A DNA stretch of 64,000 bases from positions 64,001 through 128,000 of the forward strand of contig CAWJSK010000013.1 of the NCBI GenBank assembly GCA_963845535.1, given 5' to 3'. This DNA comes from an uncultured Spirochaetota bacterium (GTDB taxonomy: Bacteria; Spirochaetota; Spirochaetia; SZUA-6; Fen-1364). Below the pieces are notes generated by a model. The model was not told where the DNA came from. It saw only the letters and a list, made by a program, of their open reading frames with translations, and ran no database searches. Positions within the stretch are counted from its first letter, which is position 1; each line of letters begins with the position of its first letter. This document shows positions 55,121 through 64,000 of the stretch, in pieces. Made by a program: the position numbers and the translations under genes.

Positions 55121-56299
55121 TCAGGGAGCCAACATCGAATCCAGCAGAAGGCACGAGAGGATCTCCTGCCGGGGGAGATGGAAAAGTCCTTTCCAGTGGT
55201 TGGCTTTGCAGTCCAGCGCAACCGTGCCGTCCCGATGAAGGTAGCCGAACCATTCCCCGTATTCCTTGTCGGGGAAATGAGCCAGGCTCCATGCCAGTAT
55301 CCGATCGAACCAGGACAGGTATGTCTCAATCCCCGTCATGGAGTAGGCGCAGAGCGTTGCGTGGATTGCTTCCGTGTGGACCCACCAGAGCTTCATGTCC
55401 CATTCCAACTGCTCCGGTTGGCGCCCTTGGGAGTCCACGAAATACAGGAAGCCGCCATATTTCCGGTCCCATGCCCGTTCCAGGGACCAGTCAAGAACTT
55501 GGAGCGCCTTTTGCCTGAGCTGGTCGTCATGGCGTCCGCGAGCCTCTTCGAGCAGGAACCAGGATGACTCCATTGCGTGACCGGGGTTGATGCACCTCCC
55601 CGCGGGGGAATCGACAAGCTCTCCGTTCATCCCGACCGTCTCGAAAAGCGCCTTTTCGGACGGCTTTACGAAGTAGCGGAAAAGCTCCTCGATGGCGGCG
55701 TCGATCAGTGTGTCGTAGCGCCCCGCGGGATCAGCGCTGCGCAGCACCTGGTACATGTTGATCCGGATCATCGTGGTGGAATGGGACCGCAGCTCCCGAG
55801 TCCTGGGGTCTATCTTGGGCTGAAGCAGCCCCGGGGTGGTGATGAGGCGGTGCACAAGATCCGCAAGGCCTTTGGCTTTCGAAAGCCGCGCCGCGTCCCC
55901 CGAAGCCCTTGCATATTCCGCGAAGCCCATGACGGCGAAGACCTCGGAAAAGAAGTAGCGTCGCTTTCGGACGGGACGTCCATCCTCGGTGACAATGAAG
56001 AACATTCGCCCGTCCCCATCGAAGCAGTGCTTTTCCAGGAACTCGGCGCCGTTTCTCGCAATCTCGAGCCATTCCGATCTTTTCTCGATGTCGTTGTAGA
56101 GCTTGGAGTACACCCAGGTGGCGCGGCCCTGGATCCATACCCCTTTGTCCGAATCAAGAGGCTTGCCGTACCTGTCGAGAGAGGTGCGAAACCCGCCGTG
56201 CTCGCGATCTATCGCATGCCGGGTCCAGAACGCCATGGTGTCGTTCACGAGGTGATCGAAGAAGGATTTTCGAAGCGCACGCAGACGGGTCGTATCCAT
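55121..56299 (-). CDS. AGE family epimerase (N-acylglucosamine 2-epimerase-like)
   Basis: DKGVWIQGR, NPGHAMESSWF, MKLWWVHTE, EWFGYLHRDG, WKGLFHLPR. Confidence 0.88.
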   Translation of the reverse strand: MDTTRLRALRKSFFDHLVNDTMAFWTRHAIDREHGGFRTSLDRYGKPLDSDKGVWIQGRATWVYSKLYNDIEKRSEWLEIARNGAEFLEKHCFDGDGRMFFIVTEDGRPVRKRRYFFSEVFAVMGFAEYARASGDAARLSKAKGLADLVHRLITTPGLLQPKIDPRTRELRSHSTTMIRINMYQVLRSADPAGRYDTLIDAAIEELFRYFVKPSEKALFETVGMNGELVDSPAGRCINPGHAMESSWFLLEEARGRHDDQLRQKALQVLDWSLERAWDRKYGGFLYFVDSQGRQPEQLEWDMKLWWVHTEAIHATLCAYSMTGIETYLSWFDRILAWSLAHFPDKEYGEWFGYLHRDGTVALDCKANHWKGLFHLPRQEILSCLLLDSMLAP

Positions 56300-56459
56300 G
56301 GCGGACCGTGTTCTCAGTCTCTGAACCGTAGGCCTCGTTTGACGGTGTTGTCAAGAGAAGGTTACCTTATCACAAGGCGTCAGAGAGCAAAAATCAGAGA
56401 GTCAGAGCCGCCACACCGCGCGCAGGCGGCCGCGGGACAGGAAACACGGAGGGAATGGC

Positions 56460-57815
56460 ATGAAAAAGGCTTTGTCGTTCACGCTCATTGTGGCGGTGCT
56501 GCTGCTGGCAGCGCTCAACGCTTTCGCCGGAGGCCAGGGGGAGAAAGGCATGGCTTCGGGCCAGGTAACGCTCCTGTTCTGGCCGGGACCTGAAAGCGAC
56601 GCCATGCAGAAGGTCATCGACGCGTACAACGCCGGACAAGGCAAAACGGACGGCGTCAGGGTGAAGCAGCTTCTTTTCAGCAGGCAGGGATTCTTCGACA
56701 AGGAGCTCACGGACCTTGCCGCGGCAAGCACGCAGTTCGACCTGAACCTCGTGACGACGTATACGCTGGGAAGCTACGCGCCCTATCTTGCCCCCATTGA
56801 CTCCTTTGCAACGCCGGATGCGGTCAAATCCTTCATCCCTTCGGCCCTGGACACGCTGCGGTTCAAGGGAAAGCTCTACGGAGTCCCCACGGACGTGAGC
56901 GTCCACTTCCTCTTCTATAGAAGTGATCTCATCAGCAGGCTCCAGAGCGACCAGTCGTGGGCCGCGACGTACAGCCAGATTGCAAAGAGCGTTCTGGGGC
57001 AGGACCTGACCCCGAAGGACCCGGCTGATTGGACCTGGAATGACTACCTTGCAACCGTCCTTTTCTTCACGAAGTCGATCAATCCTGATTCGCCCACCGC
57101 CTACGGCACCGTCCTTCAGCTCAAGAACCTGATCTTCAACATCATGATCTGGGACGACGTCCTTGCCTCCAACGGAGGGAACTGGCTCGACGCTCAGGGC
57201 AACGTCATCATCAACTCCCCCGCGGCCAAGGCTTCTCTGCAGGTTTACCAGACGATCATCGACAACAAGGCCACGCCTGCGGGAAGCGTCAACTACGAGT
57301 TCCCGGAGACGAATGAGGCCTTCTCCACCGGTCAGGCCGCCACGGCGCTGCAGTGGAACGCCGCCTTTCCGATCCTGAATGACCCGAAGCAGTCTCCCAT
57401 GGTGGCGGGGAAGGTGGGGATAGCGCCAATTCCCGCGGGATCAGCCGGGCATAAGACTCATGAGCACAGCCTGGGGATCGGCTTGAACAATGCCTCCAAG
57501 AACAAGGACGATGCAGGGAAGTTCCTCGTCTACCTCCTGTCCCAGGACGCCATGGAGATCTACGCAAAGGCGGGCGGCACGCCGCCGGTTTCCCCTGTGC
57601 TCAACGCCATGGCTTCGACGCGGCCGGACTTCTCCAAGGTTGCCGAGTATCTTGACAAGTATGGCTATGTCATCAACGGCGGCACGGCGTCGTATGCGGT
57701 GCCCGTCTATCAGATACTCGCGGATGAGCTCTCCGCGGTCTGGGCGGGCCAGAAGAGCATTGACGCGGCCCTTTCCAGCGCTGCGTCCCGCATGACGTCG
57801 ACCATCAGCAAGTAG
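56460..57815 (+). CDS. Sugar ABC substrate-binding protein
   Basis: Signal ...AFAGGQGE, LYGVP, LFYRSDL, FSTGQAATALQWN. Confidence 0.9.
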   Translation: MKKALSFTLIVAVLLLAALNAFAGGQGEKGMASGQVTLLFWPGPESDAMQKVIDAYNAGQGKTDGVRVKQLLFSRQGFFDKELTDLAAASTQFDLNLVTTYTLGSYAPYLAPIDSFATPDAVKSFIPSALDTLRFKGKLYGVPTDVSVHFLFYRSDLISRLQSDQSWAATYSQIAKSVLGQDLTPKDPADWTWNDYLATVLFFTKSINPDSPTAYGTVLQLKNLIFNIMIWDDVLASNGGNWLDAQGNVIINSPAAKASLQVYQTIIDNKATPAGSVNYEFPETNEAFSTGQAATALQWNAAFPILNDPKQSPMVAGKVGIAPIPAGSAGHKTHEHSLGIGLNNASKNKDDAGKFLVYLLSQDAMEIYAKAGGTPPVSPVLNAMASTRPDFSKVAEYLDKYGYVINGGTASYAVPVYQILADELSAVWAGQKSIDAALSSAASRMTSTISK

Positions 57816-57835
57816 GCTTTCGAAAGAGTGAAAAA

Positions 57836-58714
57836 GTGGGCCAGTCGATAACCCGGGGGGAGCGCCGGAGGGGGCTGCTCTTTCTGGCCCCCCTGGTGGT
57901 TTTCTGCCTGCTGTTGTGGGGATACCCGGCCGGCGCGGACCTCTACTACAGCTTCACCAGTCTCATGTTCAGGTCCTTGCGCGCGCCTCAGTGGGTCGGG
58001 CTGGCGAACTTTGTTGCCGTGCTGAAGGACCCGAACTTCTGGGGCGCGTTGGGGTTCAGCGCCCGCTTTGCCGTCACCGCGACGGTGTTCGAAATCCTCC
58101 TCGGCCTCGGCCTTGCGCTGGCGCTGCAGCCCTTGCTGTCGGACCATAAGCCGCTCCTTGCCCCGCTCCTTCTCCCGCTCATGGTGGCACCGGTCCTCCT
58201 GGGCATCATGTATCGGCTCTTGTTGAACGATTTCGTCGGGATGATCTCCCAGTATCTGAAGCTCCTGGGCATTCAGGCGGACCTCTTGAGCCCTCCGTGG
58301 ATTGTCCCCACCGTCATCGGGATCGAAGTCTTCCAGTGGACTCCGTTCGCGTTCCTCATCTTCTTCACTGCGCTCGAATCGATTCCCCGAGAGTTGTTGG
58401 AAGCGGCGCAGATCGATGGAGCAAGCGGCATGCAAGCAACGCGGCGCATCAAGCTTCCGCTTCTGGTTTCGGCCCTCGCAATAGCCTCCTTCATCAGGTT
58501 CGTGGATTCTTTCAGGGTCTTCGATCATATCTACGTGTTGACCGGGGGCGGACCAGGCACTCTCACCACGAGCATCACCATCTACATCTATCGAACGTTT
58601 TTCCAGCAGCAATTGCTCGGACAGGCCATAGCCACCGCACTCCTGCTGCTGGTTCTCTCCTTGATTCCCCTTTCCGTTTCGATGCGGTACATCCTGCGGG
58701 ACCCCCGGAGATGA
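57836..58714 (+). CDS. Carbohydrate ABC permease
   Basis: WTPF, LLEAAQIDGA, LTGGGPG. Confidence 0.9.
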   Translation: MGQSITRGERRRGLLFLAPLVVFCLLLWGYPAGADLYYSFTSLMFRSLRAPQWVGLANFVAVLKDPNFWGALGFSARFAVTATVFEILLGLGLALALQPLLSDHKPLLAPLLLPLMVAPVLLGIMYRLLLNDFVGMISQYLKLLGIQADLLSPPWIVPTVIGIEVFQWTPFAFLIFFTALESIPRELLEAAQIDGASGMQATRRIKLPLLVSALAIASFIRFVDSFRVFDHIYVLTGGGPGTLTTSITIYIYRTFFQQQLLGQAIATALLLLVLSLIPLSVSMRYILRDPRR

Positions 58715-59523
58715 AGACCTTCCGCTGGATTCTCTACGGCCTGGCTGTGCTCGTCTTCGACTTCCCGTTGATCGGGACTCTCTTCACGGCATTCAAGACG
58801 CCGGCTCAGATCTCACACAGCCCGCCGGTGTGGGTCTTCCTTCCGACACTGGAAAACTTTCACGCGGTGCTCGCGGGCGGAATATCGCTCGACTTTCCGC
58901 TTTTCCTGTTCAACAGCCTTTGCATTGCGTTGGCCGGCACCCTCCTTGCCATCGCCATCACGCTTCCCGCAGCCTATGGGATCGTGAGGTTCGGCCACGG
59001 CCGCCGCACGCTCCTTCCCCTGGTCACCAACCTGCGCACCATTCCGCTGATCGTCTTCGTCATTCCGTTGTACCTCATGTTCCGCCTGGTCGGGCTCCTG
59101 GACACGAGAGTCGGGCTCGCGCTGGTGGCCTGCGCCATCGACGTGCCGCTCGCCCTTGTGCTGTTCATCGGGTTCGTCCAGGATTTCCCGGCCGCCATTG
59201 AGGAAGCTGCCCGTATGGACGGGGCATCGAACTGGCAGATTTTCCGTCACATCATTGTGCCGCTTTCCCGCACCATCATGGCGGCCGTCGGTATCCTGAG
59301 CTTCATCTACGCGTGGAACGAGTTCCTCTTCGGCCTCATCCTGAGCACGGAGCGCGCCACTCCCGTCAGCGTCGGCGCAACGTATTTCCTGACCTCTTTC
59401 GGAATCAAGTGGGGGCAGACCGCCGCGGCAATGATCCTGAGCGTGGCTCCGCCGGTGATCATGGGGCTTGCAAGCTACCGCTACCTCGCGCGCGGAATGG
59501 TGGCGGGCGCAATCAAACAGTAG
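58711..59523 (+). CDS. Carbohydrate ABC permease
   Basis: IEEAARMDGA, AWNEFLFG. ATG 58711 overlaps the upstream stop. Confidence 0.9.
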   Translation: MKTFRWILYGLAVLVFDFPLIGTLFTAFKTPAQISHSPPVWVFLPTLENFHAVLAGGISLDFPLFLFNSLCIALAGTLLAIAITLPAAYGIVRFGHGRRTLLPLVTNLRTIPLIVFVIPLYLMFRLVGLLDTRVGLALVACAIDVPLALVLFIGFVQDFPAAIEEAARMDGASNWQIFRHIIVPLSRTIMAAVGILSFIYAWNEFLFGLILSTERATPVSVGATYFLTSFGIKWGQTAAAMILSVAPPVIMGLASYRYLARGMVAGAIKQ

Positions 59524-59538
59524 CGACATTCCAGCAAA

Positions 59539-60774
59539 ATGAAGGACTCAGGCTTTCCGGTGCTTCACAACCACGACTTCCGGGCCTTTCTTGTCGCCCG
59601 GTCGCTCGCCTCGATCTCCTCGCTGATGCTGGGCGTTGCCGTGGGATGGCACGTCTACGATCTGACGGGGAGCGCATTTGCCCTGGGCATGGTGGGCCTC
59701 GCGCAGTTCCTGCCTGCGCTCCTCCTGGCTCTGCCGGGGGGCCTGGCGGCAGACCGCGTCGAACGGCGCACCATACTCCTTCTGACTTTCCTGCTCCAGG
59801 TCCTGGTCGCGCTCCTCCTCGTCCTCATATCTGCTTTGCACGGCGCGCGCGCGGCGTGGATCTTCCCGGTGGTGGCTCTTGTCGGCGTGGGACAGGCGTT
59901 TCAGGGCCCCGCAAGCCAATCCCTGATACCGTTCCTCGTTTCCCGCGAGGAGTTCCCCCGCGCCGTTGCCATGAGCTCCGGCACGTTGCAGATTGCCACG
60001 ATCCTGGGTCCCGCTCTTGGCGGGCTGTTGTACGCTTTCGGTCCCGCCAGTGTCTACGCGGCGTCAGCCGCTCTTTTTACGATTGCGGCGGTTCTGGTGT
60101 CCCGCATCCGCGCGCGCCTGCGCGTTTCCGCCGCAGCGAAGCCGGGCTTCTCCCAGATGCTGGAAGGACTTCGCTTCGTTTTCTCCCAGCCCCTGATCCT
60201 GGGCGCCATTTCCCTCGACCTCTTCGCCGTGCTGTTTGGCGGCGCCACGGCGCTCCTGCCGATCTATGCCCGGGACGTTCTTCACGTCGGCTCGTGGGGC
60301 CTTGGTCTCCTGCGAAGCGCTCCGGCGGTGGGCGCCGCCGGCGTGGCGGTTTACCTTTCCCAGCGGCCCATGGCCCGGCGCTCGGGAACGAGGCTCCTGA
60401 TCGGAGTTGCGCTTTTTGGGCTCATGACGATCGTCTTCAGCATGTCGAGATGGTTTCTCCTGTCCCTGGGGGCGCTCGTCGTGCTTGGCGCGTCCGACAT
60501 GGTGAGCGTGGTGTTGCGACAGACCCTTGTGCAGATCAACACGCCTGACGAGAAGCGCGGCCGCGTGAGCGCCGTGAACTCGATTTTCATTGGCGCCTCC
60601 AATCAGCTCGGCGAGTTCGAGTCCGGCGTGACCGCAGCCTGGATGGGCGCGGTCCCGGCCGCGGCGCTCGGGGGCGTAGGAACGCTCGTTGTCGTGCTCC
60701 TGTGGACCGTGCTCTTCCCTTCGCTTCGCCGGGCGGATCGGTTGGAACCCACACCTGTCCCCAAAGCGGGATGA
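59539..60774 (+). CDS. MFS transporter (EntS/H+ antiporter-like)
   Basis: GLAADRVERR, LDLFAVLFGGATALLP, RGRVSAVNS..IGASNQLGEFESG. Confidence 0.88.
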   Translation: MKDSGFPVLHNHDFRAFLVARSLASISSLMLGVAVGWHVYDLTGSAFALGMVGLAQFLPALLLALPGGLAADRVERRTILLLTFLLQVLVALLLVLISALHGARAAWIFPVVALVGVGQAFQGPASQSLIPFLVSREEFPRAVAMSSGTLQIATILGPALGGLLYAFGPASVYAASAALFTIAAVLVSRIRARLRVSAAAKPGFSQMLEGLRFVFSQPLILGAISLDLFAVLFGGATALLPIYARDVLHVGSWGLGLLRSAPAVGAAGVAVYLSQRPMARRSGTRLLIGVALFGLMTIVFSMSRWFLLSLGALVVLGASDMVSVVLRQTLVQINTPDEKRGRVSAVNSIFIGASNQLGEFESGVTAAWMGAVPAAALGGVGTLVVVLLWTVLFPSLRRADRLEPTPVPKAG

Positions 60775-60913
60775 AAGGCCGCGGCGCTCGCGAACCGCAG
60801 CCGCCTGCCTGTTCAGCCGACTGCAGGTGGAAATCCGAACCCGGAACCGGTAGACTCTCGCGCAGTCCATTGCAAAATACGAGAAGTCATCATTGGAAAA
60901 GGAGCCGTGGAAA

Positions 60914-62200
60914 ATGAAAAACAACAGGACACTGACGCTTGTTCTGATGATCATCATAGTCGGCTTCCTGAATGCTGATCAGAACGTCATGAACTCCACG
61001 CTGGTCCTCATCGAGAAGGAGTTCCGGGTCAACGACGCCGCCATTGGCCTCATGAGCGGACTGTTCACCATCCTTGGCGCCGTGATCAGCATCATCTGGG
61101 GTTATCTGACGGACAAGAGGAACAGGAAGCTCCTGTTCGTGTACTCCATTCTCCTCGGCCAAATTCCCTGCCTGTTGACGGCGTTCGTCCAGAACTATCC
61201 CCAGTTCTTCATACTGAGGATCTTGACCGGCATCGGAGTGGGTGTTTCTTTCCCGACGATTTTTTCCCTCATAGGGGACATGTACGCGGAAAAGGAAAGG
61301 GCCTCCGCTGTCACGTGGATGGTCACTGTCATTGGGCTGGGGCAGATCATCGGCCAGCTCCTCGGCGGGTACCTCGGTCCGTCGCTCGGGTGGAGATTCC
61401 CGTTCATCGTTTCAGCCGTGCCGGGCCTCATCGCCCTTCCATTCTATTATTTCTTCGTCACCGAGCCCCGGCGCGGCGCAACGGAGGAGTCGCTCAAGGC
61501 TCTGTTTGACAGTGGCGCCGTTTATTCGAGGACCATGAAGCTCTCCGATTACGGGAACCTCGTCAAAGTGCCCACCAACGTCTACCTGTTCATCCAGGGG
61601 ATCATTGGCACCATCCCCTGGGGCGCAATTCCGCTGTTCCTCGTGAAGTTCCTGAATGAGAACCGCGGCTTCACAATCGAAGAGGCAACCACTGTTTTCC
61701 TGGCTTTCGGCGTCGGGACCACTCTGGGCACGATATTCGGCGGCCTCTGGGGCGGCGCGCTTTTCAAGAGGAAAGCGTCCAACCTCCCGCTTCTCTGCGC
61801 AGTCACTACGTTCGTGGGAGCGCTGGTGGCCGTCCTCATTTTCTTCCTGCCCCTTGGGAAGAACCTCCCCGTGACGATTGGGCTGGGTCTTCTGGCCTCC
61901 TTCATTGCCTCCGTGACCAATCCGAACGTGAAAACGATGCTTCTGGACGTGAACGTCCCGGAGAACCGCGGCTCCATATTCTCGATTTTCAACCTGACGG
62001 ATTCCGTGGGCACCGGATTCGGAAAGCTCGTTGGCGGGATACTTTCCGTGGCCATTGGCACGGGCGCCGCTCTCGGAATATCCGCAATCATGTGGGTGCC
62101 GTGCGCGCTGCTCTTGCTGATGATTGCCGGCCTGTTCGCGGGAGACATTGCCGGGATGCAGAAGAAGCTGCAGGCCGCCGCCGGCAAGATTCCTATTTGA
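60914..62200 (+). CDS. MFS transporter
   Basis: NADQN, WGYLTDKRNRK, RILTGIG, GWRFPF. Confidence 0.88.
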   Translation: MKNNRTLTLVLMIIIVGFLNADQNVMNSTLVLIEKEFRVNDAAIGLMSGLFTILGAVISIIWGYLTDKRNRKLLFVYSILLGQIPCLLTAFVQNYPQFFILRILTGIGVGVSFPTIFSLIGDMYAEKERASAVTWMVTVIGLGQIIGQLLGGYLGPSLGWRFPFIVSAVPGLIALPFYYFFVTEPRRGATEESLKALFDSGAVYSRTMKLSDYGNLVKVPTNVYLFIQGIIGTIPWGAIPLFLVKFLNENRGFTIEEATTVFLAFGVGTTLGTIFGGLWGGALFKRKASNLPLLCAVTTFVGALVAVLIFFLPLGKNLPVTIGLGLLASFIASVTNPNVKTMLLDVNVPENRGSIFSIFNLTDSVGTGFGKLVGGILSVAIGTGAALGISAIMWVPCALLLLMIAGLFAGDIAGMQKKLQAAAGKIPI

Positions 62201-63023
62201 TTGCTCCCGTGAGCTGCGGGGCCAGAAACCTCTGCAGCGCTCCGAAAATCACGAGCAGGGGAATGGCCGTGAGAAACGCACCCATGAGCATGAGGTTGTA
62301 GACCGGGAAGCCCTCCAGGGAAAAGATGGTTGTAATGCCGAGGATGAGGGGATATCTCCCCTCGTTGCTCAGCATCACGAGGGGAAGGAAATAGTTGTTC
62401 CAGATTGCCACAAAGGAAATGAGGAGGAGCGTGGTCAGGCCGGGCAGGATGGTCGGAAGCCCGATGCGAAGGAATATCGAAACCTCGCCGGCTCCGTCTA
62501 TCATGGCCGCGCTGAACATCTCCTCGGGGACCTGGTTCCAGTACACCACCATGAGGTAGACGCCGAACACGTTCACCACGGAGGGGATGATCACGGACCA
62601 CGCGCTGTTCAGGATGCCGAAGTTCTTGAACTCGATGAACAGCGGCAGCGTCGTGGCGAACTGGGGGACAAGCGCGAAACCGAGGATGAGAAAGAACAGG
62701 AGCTTCCGTCCCAGGAATCGAAACCGTCGAAACGCATACCCCGCCATAGCCGCAAAGAAGGTGCCCGCAATCGACCCGAGCCCTGAGTAGATGATGGAGT
62801 TCACCAGCCATTTCGGGAAGACCCCATCATGGTAGGCAAAGATGCCGGTCAGGTTGTCATGGACAAAATGGTTGGGCGTTCCGGGCGCAAAGGTTCCCTG
62901 TTGGAGCTGTCCGTTGTCCTTGGTCGTGCTCTGGAGAAGCCAGTAGAACGGCAGGAGGAAGAACAGGGAGAGGAGGACGGCGATCAGCTCGAAACGCAGC
63001 GGGCGGGAGGTTCTCTCATGCAT
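62193..63023 (-). CDS. Carbohydrate ABC permease
   Basis: MFSAAMIDGAGE, WNNYFLP. Confidence 0.9.
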   Translation of the reverse strand: MHERTSRPLRFELIAVLLSLFFLLPFYWLLQSTTKDNGQLQQGTFAPGTPNHFVHDNLTGIFAYHDGVFPKWLVNSIIYSGLGSIAGTFFAAMAGYAFRRFRFLGRKLLFFLILGFALVPQFATTLPLFIEFKNFGILNSAWSVIIPSVVNVFGVYLMVVYWNQVPEEMFSAAMIDGAGEVSIFLRIGLPTILPGLTTLLLISFVAIWNNYFLPLVMLSNEGRYPLILGITTIFSLEGFPVYNLMLMGAFLTAIPLLVIFGALQRFLAPQLTGAIK

Positions 63024-63909
63024 GCGCGCCGAGCTCCCTCGATGACTGGCGGAGGAAGAAGAAGGAAATCACGAAGATCACCGCCGCCAGCACCAGCCCC
63101 ATCGCAATTGCATACGTGAAGGCGCCGTACAGGAACGCCTCGTTATAGACGTACATTGCCGGGGTGAAGTTCGGGGGAAGCGTTATCAGGTTGGCCGCCA
63201 CCCCGAGGACCCGCGGCTCGTTGAAGATCTGCAGCGCGCCTATGGTGTTGAAGAGGAACAGCAGCCAGACCGTGTTCGCAAGGAGCGGCACCTTGATGTG
63301 GACGGCAACTTGCGCCCGCGTTGCCCCGTCAATCTGGGCCGCCTCCGCGTATTCCTTGGGAATGGAAACCAGCGCTGAATAGACGATGAGTGACGTGTAC
63401 CCTGTCCATTCCCACAGGATGATGATGAGAAAAATCCACGGGAGGTTCGGGAACGTGATGAACTCGGGCTTTGCCACTCCGACGAGCTTGAGCAGAGGGA
63501 TGAACGGCGACATGGACTTGGAGAACATGTAGGACCAGAGGATGCCCGCTATGACGCCGGGGAGCGCGTAGGGAAGGTAGAAGATGAGGCGGAACAGCGC
63601 GGAATGCCTGAGCTGCTCATAGAGCAAGCCAATGAAAATGGCAAGGAGGATCATGAGCGGGATCTGGACCAGGAGAAGGAACGCCGGGAGGCCGAAGCTT
63701 CCCCAGAACAGCGGGTCGGTGATGACGGACGTGTAGTTGCTGAGGCCGACAAACCACATCCGCGCCCCTCGCTGCCCGAACAGGGACAGGTAGCCGCCGA
63801 AGATGACCGGGGAGACGACCACAATGACGAAGAAGAAAAGAAAGGGAAGGAGAAACAGGTACGCCTTGATGGATTGGAGCTTCCTCACGGCTTGTGCTGC
63901 TGCTTTCAC
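63016..63909 (-). CDS. Carbohydrate ABC permease
   Basis: WEWTGY, EAAQIDGA, QIFNEP. Confidence 0.9.
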   Translation of the reverse strand: MKAAAQAVRKLQSIKAYLFLLPFLFFFVIVVVSPVIFGGYLSLFGQRGARMWFVGLSNYTSVITDPLFWGSFGLPAFLLLVQIPLMILLAIFIGLLYEQLRHSALFRLIFYLPYALPGVIAGILWSYMFSKSMSPFIPLLKLVGVAKPEFITFPNLPWIFLIIILWEWTGYTSLIVYSALVSIPKEYAEAAQIDGATRAQVAVHIKVPLLANTVWLLFLFNTIGALQIFNEPRVLGVAANLITLPPNFTPAMYVYNEAFLYGAFTYAIAMGLVLAAVIFVISFFFLRQSSRELGAHA

Positions 63910-63910
63910 G

Positions 63911-63942
63911 AAGAGAGCGGCCGGTCCCCCGGCCGCTCTCTT
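63911..63942. terminator. Perfect 14-bp stem-loop between the SBP and permease genes
   Basis: AAGAGAGCGGCCGG-TCCC-CCGGCCGCTCTCTT. Confidence 0.7.
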
Positions 63943-63948
63943 TCACAT

Positions 63949-63999
63949 CTATGGGAGCTGACCTACCACGACGTTGTTGAACCCCTGCTTCTTCATGAA
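63949..63999 (-). CDS. 3' end of a probable sugar ABC substrate-binding protein (partial)
   Basis: FMKKQGFNNVVVGQLP* directly upstream of two permease genes. Assigned from context only. Confidence 0.55.
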   Translation of the reverse strand, partial: FMKKQGFNNVVVGQLP

Positions 64000-64000
64000 G

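Overview
A gene-dense, GC-rich bacterial chromosome segment. It is probably from a free-living spirochaete (inferred from a Borrelia P13-like membrane protein and the spirochaete-style FecR/beta-barrel/CHASE2-cyclase locus). I see no rRNA, tRNA, CRISPR array or intact transposase. (1) 1-18.6 kb is an accessory patchwork: an SRPBCC gene, a deleted AAA/DUF4143 pseudogene, two vapBC-type toxin-antitoxin pairs, SDR/AraC, a MoxR-like AAA + DUF2201 metallopeptidase-vWA pair, a PolX-PHP lacking its third catalytic Asp, an RNase H-like exonuclease, a C69 peptidase, a QueG-like Fe-S protein, a retropepsin-like protease, FHA, a histidine kinase, RadC, a receiver and XRE. (2) 18.6-29.7 kb holds two sugar ABC systems with ROK and DeoR regulators, an ADP-dependent sugar kinase and a class II aldolase. 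(3) 29.8-40.8 kb is the best candidate for an undescribed system: an envelope operon (SLH-like protein, outer-membrane beta-barrel, FecR-domain protein, two paralogous lipoproteins with a conserved N-terminal beta-sandwich and variable propeller, and a GT-A glycosyltransferase-like protein with an RRE-like N-terminus) converging on a CHASE2 adenylate cyclase, plus an FN3 lipoprotein. (4) 42-54.2 kb is an uncharacterised acyl-CoA catabolic cluster: a double TetR, two non-canonical FabH-like enzymes, an SDR, a Liv-type ABC importer, hydrolase(s), an SCP2-type thiolase and a CoA transferase. (5) 54-64 kb holds an AGE epimerase, two more sugar ABC systems and MFS transporters. Several single-base frameshifts in short base runs suggest long-read consensus errors. 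All family calls come from motif recognition by eye; no database search was run.
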